Of a stretch of 64,000 nucleotides of DNA, positions 28,898-38,090 are shown piece after piece. Under the pieces are notes generated by a model that saw only the letters and a list, made by a program, of their open reading frames with translations, was not told where the DNA came from and ran no database searches. The position numbers and the translations under genes are program-made. The stretch's first letter is position 1, and each line of letters begins with the position of its first letter. The stretch comes from an uncultured virus (IMG/VR IMGVR_UViG_3300028895_001288) (taxonomy: Duplodnaviria; Heunggongvirae; Uroviricota; Caudoviricetes), in IMG/VR virus record IMGVR_UViG_3300028895_001288. The stretch is one strand, 5' to 3'.

Positions 28898-30049
28898 ATG
28901 GAGCTGTCCCAAGAACTCGCCGTGACCTGTGTGGCCGTCAAGGAGGCTTCCGAGAAGGAGGCCATGCCTGGCGTGCCCGCCGCGCTGCCCATGAGCAATG
29001 CCCTGGCAGCCCCCGCCAAGAGCATGGCCGGCCAGGCAACGCAGATGGCCAACCAGCGCGTGGCGCAGGGGCAGGCCACCGAGCGTCAGCAGATCAACGA
29101 TAAGGAACAACAGGGGCAAGTCCAGACGGCCAGCCCCATGACCAAGAACATTGCCCCCATCCGTCCCGCGAACATCGGCCAGCCCCTCATACGGCAGGGG
29201 TATCAGCCACCCGTGGTGCGCAATACCTGGTCACCGCCGGTGCCCGTCAAGGCGGCAGCCGACCCCGACCTGACCCAGCTGCGCGCGAAGTTCGAGTCCA
29301 TGGAAGCCAGGGAACGCCTGCTGCGTCGGCACGCGCAGAAGTGGGAGGAGTTGTCGGCTGCACGCGCGGCGCGCGAGGAGCCCAGCGCCGTGTCCACGGC
29401 GTTACAGCGCATGGCTCCGGTACCGCACACGATGGGCGAGGCGGCCGTGCGTGCTCCGCTGGCGGCCCTTTCCGGGTACGGCGGATATAGAATGGGCGCC
29501 AAGTTGGAGCCGGCCGACGTGGAGGAACTGCAGCGCGTGCTGGGCGCTTCCCGCGCCAAGGGCGAGGGGCTGCGCCCGATCGAGCGCAACCTGTCCGACC
29601 TGGTCGGTGAGCAACGGGCAAAGAGACTGGCCAAGGCGTTGCGCCAGGCGGACCCGACCGTGACCGCGCAAGCGCTCAGGGAGGCGGACATCACCGCGCC
29701 TGGTGAAGACGTCGCCAAGCTGCGTAAGCGTATGGGGAAGGCGGTGAAAGGTTCCAAGGGCAAGGCGTTGCGCGGCCTAGCCGGGCGCGCCCGCATCAAG
29801 TCCGAGATTTCCAACTTGTTTCGCCAGGGGCAGAGCCAGCCGCTTGTACCCAAGATGAGACCCTGGCGCATCGGCGGGGCGCTGGGCGGCCTGGCGCTGG
29901 GCGGACTGCTGTCCGGCATCCCGTACGCGGCACACGCTCTGTACCGCAAGGGCGAGGGCGGCGAGGCGGCCTACCGCGCCGCGCAGCGGGCGAAGGAACT
30001 TACCGAGGAGGCTGAGCGCGTCTCCGCTGAAAGGGAGGCGCTGCTGTGA
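28898..30049 (+). CDS. Hypothetical protein with K-x-A sites and a C-terminal glycine-zipper helix
   Basis: VKEASEKEAM, VKAAA; IGGALGGLALGGLLSGI. Confidence 0.65.
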   Translation: MELSQELAVTCVAVKEASEKEAMPGVPAALPMSNALAAPAKSMAGQATQMANQRVAQGQATERQQINDKEQQGQVQTASPMTKNIAPIRPANIGQPLIRQGYQPPVVRNTWSPPVPVKAAADPDLTQLRAKFESMEARERLLRRHAQKWEELSAARAAREEPSAVSTALQRMAPVPHTMGEAAVRAPLAALSGYGGYRMGAKLEPADVEELQRVLGASRAKGEGLRPIERNLSDLVGEQRAKRLAKALRQADPTVTAQALREADITAPGEDVAKLRKRMGKAVKGSKGKALRGLAGRARIKSEISNLFRQGQSQPLVPKMRPWRIGGALGGLALGGLLSGIPYAAHALYRKGEGGEAAYRAAQRAKELTEEAERVSAEREALL

Positions 30050-31506
30050 TCAAGGTTATCCGTTCCGACAGCTACGACTTCGACATGCCCGCCGCGTCGC
30101 TGGTGCAGGTGTGGTCGCGCGGCATTGACCGCCACTGGATCACCAAGCGCGCGGCGGTGCTCAACGACGTCGTGCGGGGCATTCAGCCCGAGAAGGGCTT
30201 CCAGTACATCCACCTGATCACCATGGGGGCGCAGGAGGCATACGGCCCCAACCGCAACGGGGACGGCTTCAACGAGAAGCGGGGCACCTTCGAGCTCCCG
30301 TACCCCAAGGACGGCGTGCCCGTCTACCACATGAGCGGTGGCCTGACCGAGCGGCACAACACCTTCACCAAGAACGCCCACGTCTTCGAGCACCACAAGA
30401 ACAAGGACCCCAAGAAGGCCATCGGTTCGGTTCACGCGGACGCCTACAACCCCGAGATGAAGCGGGGCGAGCTGATCGCGAAGGTGCCCGAGAACGACAA
30501 CTGGCTGCCCCATCTGGAGAAGCTGGCCAACGGGGAAGATATTCCCTTCAGCATGGCGTGCAAAGTCCCCTATGACGTGTGCACGATCTGCGGGAACAAG
30601 GCCAAGTCCCGGGCGGAATACTGCAAGCACGCCTCCGACCACCTGACCGAGATCCTGAAGGAAGGCCACCAGTCCTTCGTGATCAACGACCAACCCAACT
30701 TCTTCGACATCTCGCGCGTCTTCCGGCCGGCCGACCGCATCGCCTGGTCGCTCAGGAAAGTGGCCTCGGCGGGGGTCGTTTCGATCAAGTCGGGAGCCCA
30801 GTTGGCCGAGGAAGAGGGGCTGATGTTACCGGAGCGCTTCTGGGACGCGGACAGCCCCGATGCCTCGGCCAAGATCGCCGCCGCGAAGAAGCTGGCCGAG
30901 ATTGAGAAACTAGTTGACGGATCGGCAAGGTCTGTGGACAATGCCGCCCGTTTGAAGGGGTTGGCTTGCGGGTGTCCATCCGAAAACCTTCCCCATGAAG
31001 CCATGGAGATCCTTCAGAAAGCGCAGCTCGGACAGGCGCTACACGGACTGGCGGACGCCAAGATTTGCCTTTCCCTGGAGGACTTCATCAAGCTGGTATC
31101 GGGGTCAGAAGCGTGCGACTCCGCAGCCGGCGACATCCCTGCCGCAATGGGGGTGCTGCCTGGTGTGTTCAGCCGACTCCTCCGTAATGGGGGAATTGAG
31201 GACTGCGCGACGGACTCGGCGTACGACCCGTCCCGCTCGGCGATACCCAGGTGCATCCGGGAGGCTTTAGCTCCACTGGCAGACGGACACTCGATGTCGG
31301 CCGGTCCAGCTACGCGGCGCATGCAAATCACCATCATTCGCGCGACGCCCAAACCTTCCAAAGCACCCGTGAAACTCGCTTCCACCTCAAAGTCTGCTGA
31401 GCGCTTGGCCAGGGAGTACGCCAAGTACCAGCTTTCGTTCGTTGCAGCAGCGGGAAGGGACGACGAACTGGTTCACGGGCTGACGGTCCTGCGCAACCAC
31501 ACTTGA
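30046..31506 (+). CDS. Prohead (capsid maturation) protease with Zn-finger insert and C-terminal extension
   Basis: NRNGDGF, HVFEHH, FSMAC, CTICG...YCKH, FFDISRVFRPAD; lies just upstream of scaffold, decoration and capsid genes. Confidence 0.7.
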   Translation: MIKVIRSDSYDFDMPAASLVQVWSRGIDRHWITKRAAVLNDVVRGIQPEKGFQYIHLITMGAQEAYGPNRNGDGFNEKRGTFELPYPKDGVPVYHMSGGLTERHNTFTKNAHVFEHHKNKDPKKAIGSVHADAYNPEMKRGELIAKVPENDNWLPHLEKLANGEDIPFSMACKVPYDVCTICGNKAKSRAEYCKHASDHLTEILKEGHQSFVINDQPNFFDISRVFRPADRIAWSLRKVASAGVVSIKSGAQLAEEEGLMLPERFWDADSPDASAKIAAAKKLAEIEKLVDGSARSVDNAARLKGLACGCPSENLPHEAMEILQKAQLGQALHGLADAKICLSLEDFIKLVSGSEACDSAAGDIPAAMGVLPGVFSRLLRNGGIEDCATDSAYDPSRSAIPRCIREALAPLADGHSMSAGPATRRMQITIIRATPKPSKAPVKLASTSKSAERLAREYAKYQLSFVAAAGRDDELVHGLTVLRNHT

Positions 31507-31555
31507 AGACGCGGGACGTTTTTACAGTCATCACAGTCCTCTAGGAGGCAGACGG

Positions 31556-32827
31556 ATGAGCAATCAGAGTCTCATGGCCATGATGGACACGCTCCTCAAG
31601 CAGGCCAATGACGTGGAAAAGGAAGCGCTTTCCGACGTCTCGGGCCCCGAACCGACGACCCATCCGGTCATGTCGGCCGACGATGGCACGCAGGCTGCCA
31701 CCGAGGGGGCGAGAAGTTCCGAGAACGAAAGCGACGCTCGCGAGGAACACGGCGACCTGGCCGTCACCGGACAGGAGGACGCCGAGAGTGCCGAGGCCGG
31801 TGAGAAGGACGAAGCCGACAGTATCGGCACCGAGACATCAGATTCGGACGAGATGCGAGGGAACGTGGAGCAGCCCAAGGCCACGAAGGACGCCCCGCCG
31901 GACAGCGGCCCGGGCGACCACACCTTCTCCGAGAAGTACTCCGCCGCGGCCATCGTGGATTCGGGCAACAAGCTGCTCGCCGCGCTGGGCAACCTCACCG
32001 GACAGCACAAGCAGGCCGATGAGAAGAAGGAAGGCGAGGAGAAGAAGGACAAGAAGAAGGATGAGAAGGGCGAAGCGTGTGACGACGGAGAGAACTGCGA
32101 CAAGAGCGCTTCCGAACAGGAAAAGCGCGCCGCGGCCGAGAAGTATCAGGAGGACGCGGAAGCAGGGTACGTCGCCGCCCAAATGATCGCCGAGCAGCTG
32201 ATGAGCAAGCAGGCTGAGGAGGAAGAGCTCGTCAAGCTGGCGGAGAACATCATCAAGACCGCGCACGCTGACGCGGATCTCCTCTGCGAATTCCTGGACA
32301 GCCACGAGAAGGGTGTCAAGGGCCTGGAGGCCGTCAAGAAGGCGTCTCTCAAGAAGAAGGCGCAGCCTCCCATGGGCGCGCTGCCTGCCATGGGTGGCGG
32401 CGGTGAGCTTGGCCCCGAAGCCGGCGGCATGATCCCCCCGGAAGCACTGGCGGCGGGCGCTCCCCCCGAGGAGCTTCCTCCCGAAGCGGGCATGGAAGGC
32501 GCGCCCGGTGACGAAGAGGCGGCGATCGACGCCCTGGCCGATGCACTGGCCGAAGCGGGCGTGACCCCGGAAGAGCTGGCTGAAACCATCGCCGAGGCGG
32601 GTGGTGAAGGCGAAGTCGCACCCGAAGGCCTCGAAGAGGGCATGGAGGAAGAGGCCCCCGCAGAGGTGCCCGGAGAGGTCGTTGAAGACGCAGCCGAAGG
32701 GGCTGCCGAGGGTGCTGCTGAAGGCGCCACCGAGGGAACCGAAGAGGCGGAGGAGGAGGCGCCCAAGGCTGCCTCTATGAGCAAGCAGAGCATCAAGGAG
32801 GCTTTGCTGAACATCGCACGGGGCTAA
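31556..32827 (+). CDS. Acidic scaffold-like protein, dense in K-x-A sites
   Basis: AGGAGG RBS; acidic and low-complexity; KQA, KEA, KSA, KRA, KLA, KTA, KKA, KAA; between protease and capsid. Confidence 0.65.
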   Translation: MSNQSLMAMMDTLLKQANDVEKEALSDVSGPEPTTHPVMSADDGTQAATEGARSSENESDAREEHGDLAVTGQEDAESAEAGEKDEADSIGTETSDSDEMRGNVEQPKATKDAPPDSGPGDHTFSEKYSAAAIVDSGNKLLAALGNLTGQHKQADEKKEGEEKKDKKKDEKGEACDDGENCDKSASEQEKRAAAEKYQEDAEAGYVAAQMIAEQLMSKQAEEEELVKLAENIIKTAHADADLLCEFLDSHEKGVKGLEAVKKASLKKKAQPPMGALPAMGGGGELGPEAGGMIPPEALAAGAPPEELPPEAGMEGAPGDEEAAIDALADALAEAGVTPEELAETIAEAGGEGEVAPEGLEEGMEEEAPAEVPGEVVEDAAEGAAEGAAEGATEGTEEAEEEAPKAASMSKQSIKEALLNIARG

Positions 32828-32876
32828 ACAAGCCGATTGTCGTTCGCGAGTCTGCAAGGATCAAGGAGATAGGACA

Positions 32877-33260
32877 ATGGCGAAGGTCGAAGTCGATACC
32901 AAGGTCCTCGAAGCTGTGGTGGACTATGTCGAGCAGGCGACCGGCTACGCTCAGAAGCAGGCGGAGATTGAAAAAGCCGTCGCGGAGCGGGGCCCCGAGG
33001 TTGTCGATGCGCTCATCAAGGCAGGGTTCGTCACCGAGGACAAACGCGAGTCGGCCATCCGAGCAACCAGTGACCCGAGGAAGGTGCTCGAGTCGCTGGA
33101 GAAGACGGCGAAGCTCAAGGCCGGACGCAAGAGCGCGTCAGCGCCGGAACCGTTGGGTACCGGTGAAGACGTCAAGGAAGCTGGCGTGCAAAGGCCGGGG
33201 GACACGTCTCCCGCGATGGCCGCCGCCAACGACAGGTTCATGCGCGCAATAGGCTTCTGA
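32877..33260 (+). CDS. Small head-assembly / scaffold-like protein
   Basis: AAGGAG RBS; QKQA, EKTA, RKSAS, VKEAG. Confidence 0.65.
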   Translation: MAKVEVDTKVLEAVVDYVEQATGYAQKQAEIEKAVAERGPEVVDALIKAGFVTEDKRESAIRATSDPRKVLESLEKTAKLKAGRKSASAPEPLGTGEDVKEAGVQRPGDTSPAMAAANDRFMRAIGF

Positions 33261-33328
33261 GAGAGGTCCGCGCTCAAACGGCGTTAGAGACAGTGACAGG
33301 AAACCTCAGGATTTAGGAGGAGACCAAG

Positions 33329-33835
33329 ATGCCGGGCACCAACGTTCCTGGACAGATGTACGACCACGAGCTCAATCCCGTAAAAGGGTGGCCGAGCCCG
33401 TACGCGGTCGACAAGATCGCCGAGATCGCTTCAGGCGTCGAGGGTATCCTCGGCGGCATGGTGATCTCACTGGATGCCAACGGAAAGTTCATTCGGGGCG
33501 CCGACGGCTCGGCCATGCCGTGCTTCGCGTTTCCGAACGCGTCGGACTTCGATGTGCTGTCCGATCGCGGGAACATTTCCGGCGGAAACATGATGGGCCT
33601 CGTGGCCGTTGGCGCCTACGAACTCGAGAGTACCGAGTACATGGGCTCCGGCTTCGCGGTCAACACGCCGCTGACCGCGCACAACGTTGCCGGTGACGAT
33701 CAGGGCAAACTCAAGGTTACGACCTTGGGCAGCTCCGACCTCATCGTTGGCGTCTGCAACCGCGGCCCGACGGCGAACGAGTACAACAAGGAGATGGTCC
33801 GCTTCTGGCCTGTCTATCTGCCCAAGCGTGCGTAA
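33329..33835 (+). CDS. Putative head decoration (cement) protein
   Basis: 168-aa beta-rich protein two genes upstream of the capsid gene; GGAGGAG RBS. Confidence 0.6.
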   Translation: MPGTNVPGQMYDHELNPVKGWPSPYAVDKIAEIASGVEGILGGMVISLDANGKFIRGADGSAMPCFAFPNASDFDVLSDRGNISGGNMMGLVAVGAYELESTEYMGSGFAVNTPLTAHNVAGDDQGKLKVTTLGSSDLIVGVCNRGPTANEYNKEMVRFWPVYLPKRA

Positions 33836-33873
33836 GCGCTTCACCCTGAACATCCGTTTGGAGGTGAGGGCTG

Positions 33874-34254
33874 ATGGACAAAAAGTGTGCAGCGTACCTG
33901 ATCAAGGAGGCGACCCGGCCATACGCCCGGGGTAGCTCCGGGGGTCGAGTCATCCCCGTGCCAGGTATGCAGGAGGCCGTCGCTGCAGCCACCCGGCAGG
34001 GTATCGGCAGGAAGACGCCCCCTGCGGGCGGCGGAGGAGGAGGTGGCGGCTTTCTGGCCCCCTTCCGCCGGATGGGTTGGCGGCGGGGCTTGCGAGCGGC
34101 CGGCATCGGAGGCGGTATCGGTGCCCTCCTTTGGGGCTTGGGCCATCTGTGGGCGAACAAGAATCGCCCCAGCGTGTCCGAGAACGTCACGCAAAACCTC
34201 AACGCGAGGATGCGTGGAGCTGGAGAAGAAGGCATTTACATGAAACCTCAGTAA
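33874..34254 (+). CDS. Leader-family protein (MDKKCAAYLIKEA...), basic with a Gly-rich hydrophobic helix
   Basis: GGAGGTG RBS; shared leader; sits between decoration and capsid genes. Confidence 0.7.
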   Translation: MDKKCAAYLIKEATRPYARGSSGGRVIPVPGMQEAVAAATRQGIGRKTPPAGGGGGGGGFLAPFRRMGWRRGLRAAGIGGGIGALLWGLGHLWANKNRPSVSENVTQNLNARMRGAGEEGIYMKPQ

Positions 34255-34320
34255 TTGGTGCGGGCAGCTGCCAAGAGCGCATCCCGCGAGACGTAAGGCC
34301 AATTGATAAGGAGACAGGCC

Positions 34321-35268
34321 GTGGCTAACCCAACTGCGAGCGAGCCGACCTCTCGGATGGTCAACGATGCATTCATCGATCAGTTGGCCAGCGGGAACGA
34401 CCGGATCGTGAAGGAAGCCCAGGACGCGATCAACGATTACGTCCGGGTAAGGATGCGTGAAGATGGCTTCTGGCGGAGAATCCTCCCGCCGGTGACCATC
34501 ACCAACGACGAGCTGGATCGGCAGGTGGACACCGACAAGCCCGTCAAGGTGGTCGACAAGGAACCTGAGAGCCCTGCGGCGATCAGCGTGCCTTTTGCCT
34601 CGCTGCCCATGAACCGGTACATCCGCGGGCCCCGGTTCCGCGTGATGTTCGACCGCATCCTGACGCCCAAGTTCACGAAGGACGTGGACGAGCTCAGGAC
34701 CTACGACATGGACATCCGGCAGATCCTGTCGGACAACTCCATCAAGGACATGCTGGCCGAAGAAGACGGCAAGGCGATTGCCACCGTCAACTTCCTGCTC
34801 CTCGGCGTCAACACGCCCCTGGCCGAGACGGGCGTCGCGCAGTGGGTTGCCATCTCCGGTGGCGTCACCCGCGACAACCTGGCTGAAGCCATGAAGGTGC
34901 TCCCCCGCACCCCGAACCACCTGAACGTGGCCACGGTGTTGGTCAACAACGTCACCATCTGGGACGTTGTCAAGTTCGGGCGCGACGAGGTCGGTGGTGA
35001 CCTGTCCCAGGACCTGTTCGAGAACGGGTTCGCGGAGCGGGAGCTGCTCGGCCGGCGCTGGATCGTCACGATCAAGCGGGACCTGGTGCCTGACAGCACC
35101 ATCTTCCTGTTTGCCGCGCCGAAGTTCCTCGGCAAGTTCTTCGTGCTCGAGGACACGACGATGTACATTGATCGCCGTGCCTTCATGCTCGAGTTCTTCG
35201 CGTACGAGAGCATTGGCTCCTCGATCGCGAACGTGGCCGGCATCGGGCGTGTCGACTTCGAGCCCTAA
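34321..35268 (+). CDS. Major capsid protein (probable HK97 fold)
   Basis: AAGGAG RBS with GTG start; 315 aa; position after protease, scaffold and decoration; very strong codon bias; VKEA at residues 30-33. Confidence 0.7.
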   Translation: MANPTASEPTSRMVNDAFIDQLASGNDRIVKEAQDAINDYVRVRMREDGFWRRILPPVTITNDELDRQVDTDKPVKVVDKEPESPAAISVPFASLPMNRYIRGPRFRVMFDRILTPKFTKDVDELRTYDMDIRQILSDNSIKDMLAEEDGKAIATVNFLLLGVNTPLAETGVAQWVAISGGVTRDNLAEAMKVLPRTPNHLNVATVLVNNVTIWDVVKFGRDEVGGDLSQDLFENGFAERELLGRRWIVTIKRDLVPDSTIFLFAAPKFLGKFFVLEDTTMYIDRRAFMLEFFAYESIGSSIANVAGIGRVDFEP

Positions 35269-35312
35269 GCTCGCGCCGTAGGTCTGTGTGTAGCAGGCTT
35301 GCACCCTAACCC

Positions 35313-35336
35313 GGGCGGTCGGTGATCCGGCCGCCC
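35313..35336 (+). terminator. GC-rich hairpin after the capsid gene (stabiliser or weak terminator)
   Basis: GGGCGGTCGG-TGAT-CCGGCCGCCC; no U-tract. Confidence 0.4.
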
Positions 35337-35367
35337 CTATGCAAAACGAGCACTCGAGGAGAGTCCG

Positions 35368-35700
35368 ATGAGTCAGGAAATGACCCAGGAGGACGCGGCG
35401 CTGTTCGAGAACGTGTACGCGCCCGCCTTCGCCCAGAAGATGGCCTCCAACGGCCGCCCGCTCCACGACGACGAGTCGATGGAGCACGCGCTGGAGCTGA
35501 CGGCGCGGGTGAAGCAGGAGGTGCAGTCTTCCGACGCCAACTCGATCAAGGAAGCCAACCTGGCTTTCCGCAAGGCGACCGGCGCGGACGAGCGCGATGC
35601 CGAAGAGGCTCGCGAGACCAGCACCAAGGAGGCTGCCCGCAAGCTGGCGGCCGACCCCGGCTTCAGGCAGATGCTGGAAGCGGCGCGCAGCGCCCAGTAG
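35368..35700 (+). CDS. Small helical hypothetical protein
   Basis: GAGGAG RBS; IKEA, TKEAA, RKLAA. Confidence 0.7.
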   Translation: MSQEMTQEDAALFENVYAPAFAQKMASNGRPLHDDESMEHALELTARVKQEVQSSDANSIKEANLAFRKATGADERDAEEARETSTKEAARKLAADPGFRQMLEAARSAQ

Positions 35701-35735
35701 GGATCGTTATCCTTCACACGCGGTGAGGTAATCCC

Positions 35736-36200
35736 ATGCCGGGTAAGCGTGGAATCGGTGAGGCGGACTTCGTAACGCCCCGCCAGGTATACCGGGAGGA
35801 TGTCGATGCCGTCGACAGTGGCGGCGTCACGGACACGGACATCCCCATCCTGGACAGCCGCGAGCTGGCGACTCAGCGACAGGGGTTGGGTCAGGGCGAC
35901 GTGGCGCAGTACGGGCGCAACGCGCAGTTGAACCTGGCTTGCATCCCTGAAGGTTTTTCCAGCGTCACGATGCAGTTGTGGCTCTGGGCCGACGTGGAGG
36001 AGCCGCTCGAACCGGGTACCTCTTCCTCTTCGTACGGCGTGCTGCCGACCACGGAGGAGTGGGTACAGGTCGAGGAAAAGACGATCACGGGACCGGAGTT
36101 GTGGGTTGTCAAAGACGTTCCTCCGGGGCAATATAAGGTTATCGTCACGGCCAAGACAGGCAGTGGCCATCTTCAGATCCGCGAGCAACACGCAGCGTAA
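35736..36200 (+). CDS. Putative virion structural protein
   Basis: GAGG RBS; beta-rich; short poly-Ser loop. Confidence 0.6.
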   Translation: MPGKRGIGEADFVTPRQVYREDVDAVDSGGVTDTDIPILDSRELATQRQGLGQGDVAQYGRNAQLNLACIPEGFSSVTMQLWLWADVEEPLEPGTSSSSYGVLPTTEEWVQVEEKTITGPELWVVKDVPPGQYKVIVTAKTGSGHLQIREQHAA

Positions 36201-36214
36201 GGAGTGAGGAGAAC

Positions 36215-36460
36215 ATGAGAACGACCATCACTAACACTTCGGGCGCGGAAAAGACCTTCGGGTGGATTCCTCCGCACGGGCACACCTTGGCGAACGGAGC
36301 ATCCGTCGTCATTGAGGGCGACCTGCGCACGATCCTGGGAGGCGGCCGTGGTCGATACTCCAGGGGTCAGGAGCTTGCGGGCCTCAACGACGCGGTCACC
36401 CGCGGCCAAGTGACGGAAGAGGAGACCGTCGGTCCGTCCAGCTCTTCGAGCAGCGCCTAA
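36215..36460 (+). CDS. Small putative structural protein ending in poly-Ser
   Basis: GAGGAG RBS. Confidence 0.65.
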   Translation: MRTTITNTSGAEKTFGWIPPHGHTLANGASVVIEGDLRTILGGGRGRYSRGQELAGLNDAVTRGQVTEEETVGPSSSSSSA

Positions 36461-36502
36461 CCGCCGCCCGGCGGCGGTTTGCCGCGATACGGCGAATGAA
36501 CC

Positions 36503-36539
36503 GCCGCCCGGCTATGTGTACATGGCCGGGCGGCTTTTT
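36503..36539 (+). terminator. Rho-independent terminator
   Basis: GCCGCCCGGCTATG-TGTA-CATGGCCGGGCGGC followed by TTTTT. Confidence 0.75.
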
Positions 36540-36560
36540 CATTAGGAGAGGGACGCACAG

Positions 36561-37484
36561 ATGGCATTCGCGAACGAATGCATTGACGCTCAGGGGGTCT
36601 GCCCCAACCGCATCCCGTTCCTGGTGACCGGGCAGTGCGCCGTGGAGTCGCTGTACATCACCATCAAGGACATCAACAGCGGCGAGCCCATCGACCTGAC
36701 TCAGTACGGGATCTTCTCCTCGTCGGACCCGAGCAGCTCATCGTCCTCGTCTTCCTCCAGCTTCTTCAGCAGCAGCTCCTCCTCGGGGGGCGACGACCCG
36801 GAGGACGGAGTCGAGTTCGTGGCCAAGGAGCTGCCTAAAACGCCCACGTACCTCTTCAAGAAGTACGGCGTCGTGGAGAGCGAGGAGGACGCGCGGAACG
36901 GTCGGGTGCGCCTGGACGTGACGGCCGAGGACACGGCCCGCGCGGGGATCTGGTCCGCGATGGCCGGCGTCTGGTACAACGGCTACATACGCAAGCTGAT
37001 GCCGTTCTACTACGAGGTCCAGCCCAACCTGCTGGCCGACTACTGGAACGGCCCCCTGACGACCTACCAGCTGCGCCTGTACCTGCGGGACAAGTGCGCT
37101 GAAGACAACTTCCTGCTCGACGACACGGAGTTCAAGCAGGAAGAGCTGCACGCGATGATGATCAAGGTGATCGACGAGTGGAACGAGGAGCCGCCGCCCG
37201 GCTTCGAGTCCAACCCGGTCGACTTCCCCTACCGTCACAACTGGGCCGAGGCGGTCATAGGCGAGCTGTTCACCATGGCGGCCTACCAGCTGCGCCGGAA
37301 CAAGCTGGACTACACCGCCGGCGGGGTGCAGGTGGACGACGAGGCCCGCTGGGAGATGTACCTGGCCCGCGCGAAGGAACTCAAGTCGGAGTGGAAGGCG
37401 TTCATCATCCGCAAGAAGATCGAGCTGAACATTGAGGGTGGTTTCCAGAGCCTGGGAGGGTATCGGCACACGATACCGCGATAG
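36561..37484 (+). CDS. Putative head-tail adaptor / neck protein
   Basis: Position after the head module; helical C-domain LRLYLRD...WNEEPP...DYTAGGVQVDD; long poly-Ser loop. Confidence 0.55.
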   Translation: MAFANECIDAQGVCPNRIPFLVTGQCAVESLYITIKDINSGEPIDLTQYGIFSSSDPSSSSSSSSSSFFSSSSSSGGDDPEDGVEFVAKELPKTPTYLFKKYGVVESEEDARNGRVRLDVTAEDTARAGIWSAMAGVWYNGYIRKLMPFYYEVQPNLLADYWNGPLTTYQLRLYLRDKCAEDNFLLDDTEFKQEELHAMMIKVIDEWNEEPPPGFESNPVDFPYRHNWAEAVIGELFTMAAYQLRRNKLDYTAGGVQVDDEARWEMYLARAKELKSEWKAFIIRKKIELNIEGGFQSLGGYRHTIPR

Positions 37485-37486
37485 TC

Positions 37487-38089
37487 ATGGAAAAAGAAGC
37501 CGTCGGGCCCGTTGCCGGGGCCCTTGGAAAGGCCTGGGGCATCGGTAAGGTTCTGCTGGGTTTCGGGGACAAGATGCCGAAGTGGTTGTGGCCCCTCTTC
37601 GGCATCGCCGCGGCGTCACCCGTCGTGGGCTACGCCCTTGAGAGCCGGCGCGAGAAGTCCAAGCGCACCGACGAGATCAGGCGCCGCATGAACGTGATGC
37701 GGCAGCTGCCGGGCGGGGAGGCGCTCCCGATGAACTTCGGGGAGACGCAGCCCCTGCAGGCCAAGCGAACGTCGGAGGAGGGGTACCTGCCCTTCCCGCT
37801 GCCCCCGAAGCAGGAGTCCATCCTGTCCAAGTTCGGGGAGGCGCGGGTCGTCGTGGCACGTTCGCTGGGACGGCCCGAGATCAAGGAGTCGGGGCTCAAC
37901 GAGCTGGGGATCATGTTGCAGCAGGCCAAGAACAGGGCCAAGCAGAAGAGCCCGGCGAGCACGCTGAACGAGGGCGTGGACACCGAGCCGAAGGGCGAGA
38001 AGCCCGAAGAGAAGCGCGAGCAGCAGGGTGAGGCTAGGCCTGCAGCCGACTACGCCAGCGTGGGCGGCGGCATGGCGCACGGAGTGTGA
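37487..38089 (+). CDS. Hypothetical protein starting MEKEA with an N-terminal hydrophobic helix
   Basis: K-x-A at residues 3-5; WLWPLFGIAAASPVVGYAL. Confidence 0.6.
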   Translation: MEKEAVGPVAGALGKAWGIGKVLLGFGDKMPKWLWPLFGIAAASPVVGYALESRREKSKRTDEIRRRMNVMRQLPGGEALPMNFGETQPLQAKRTSEEGYLPFPLPPKQESILSKFGEARVVVARSLGRPEIKESGLNELGIMLQQAKNRAKQKSPASTLNEGVDTEPKGEKPEEKREQQGEARPAADYASVGGGMAHGV

Positions 38090-38090
38090 G

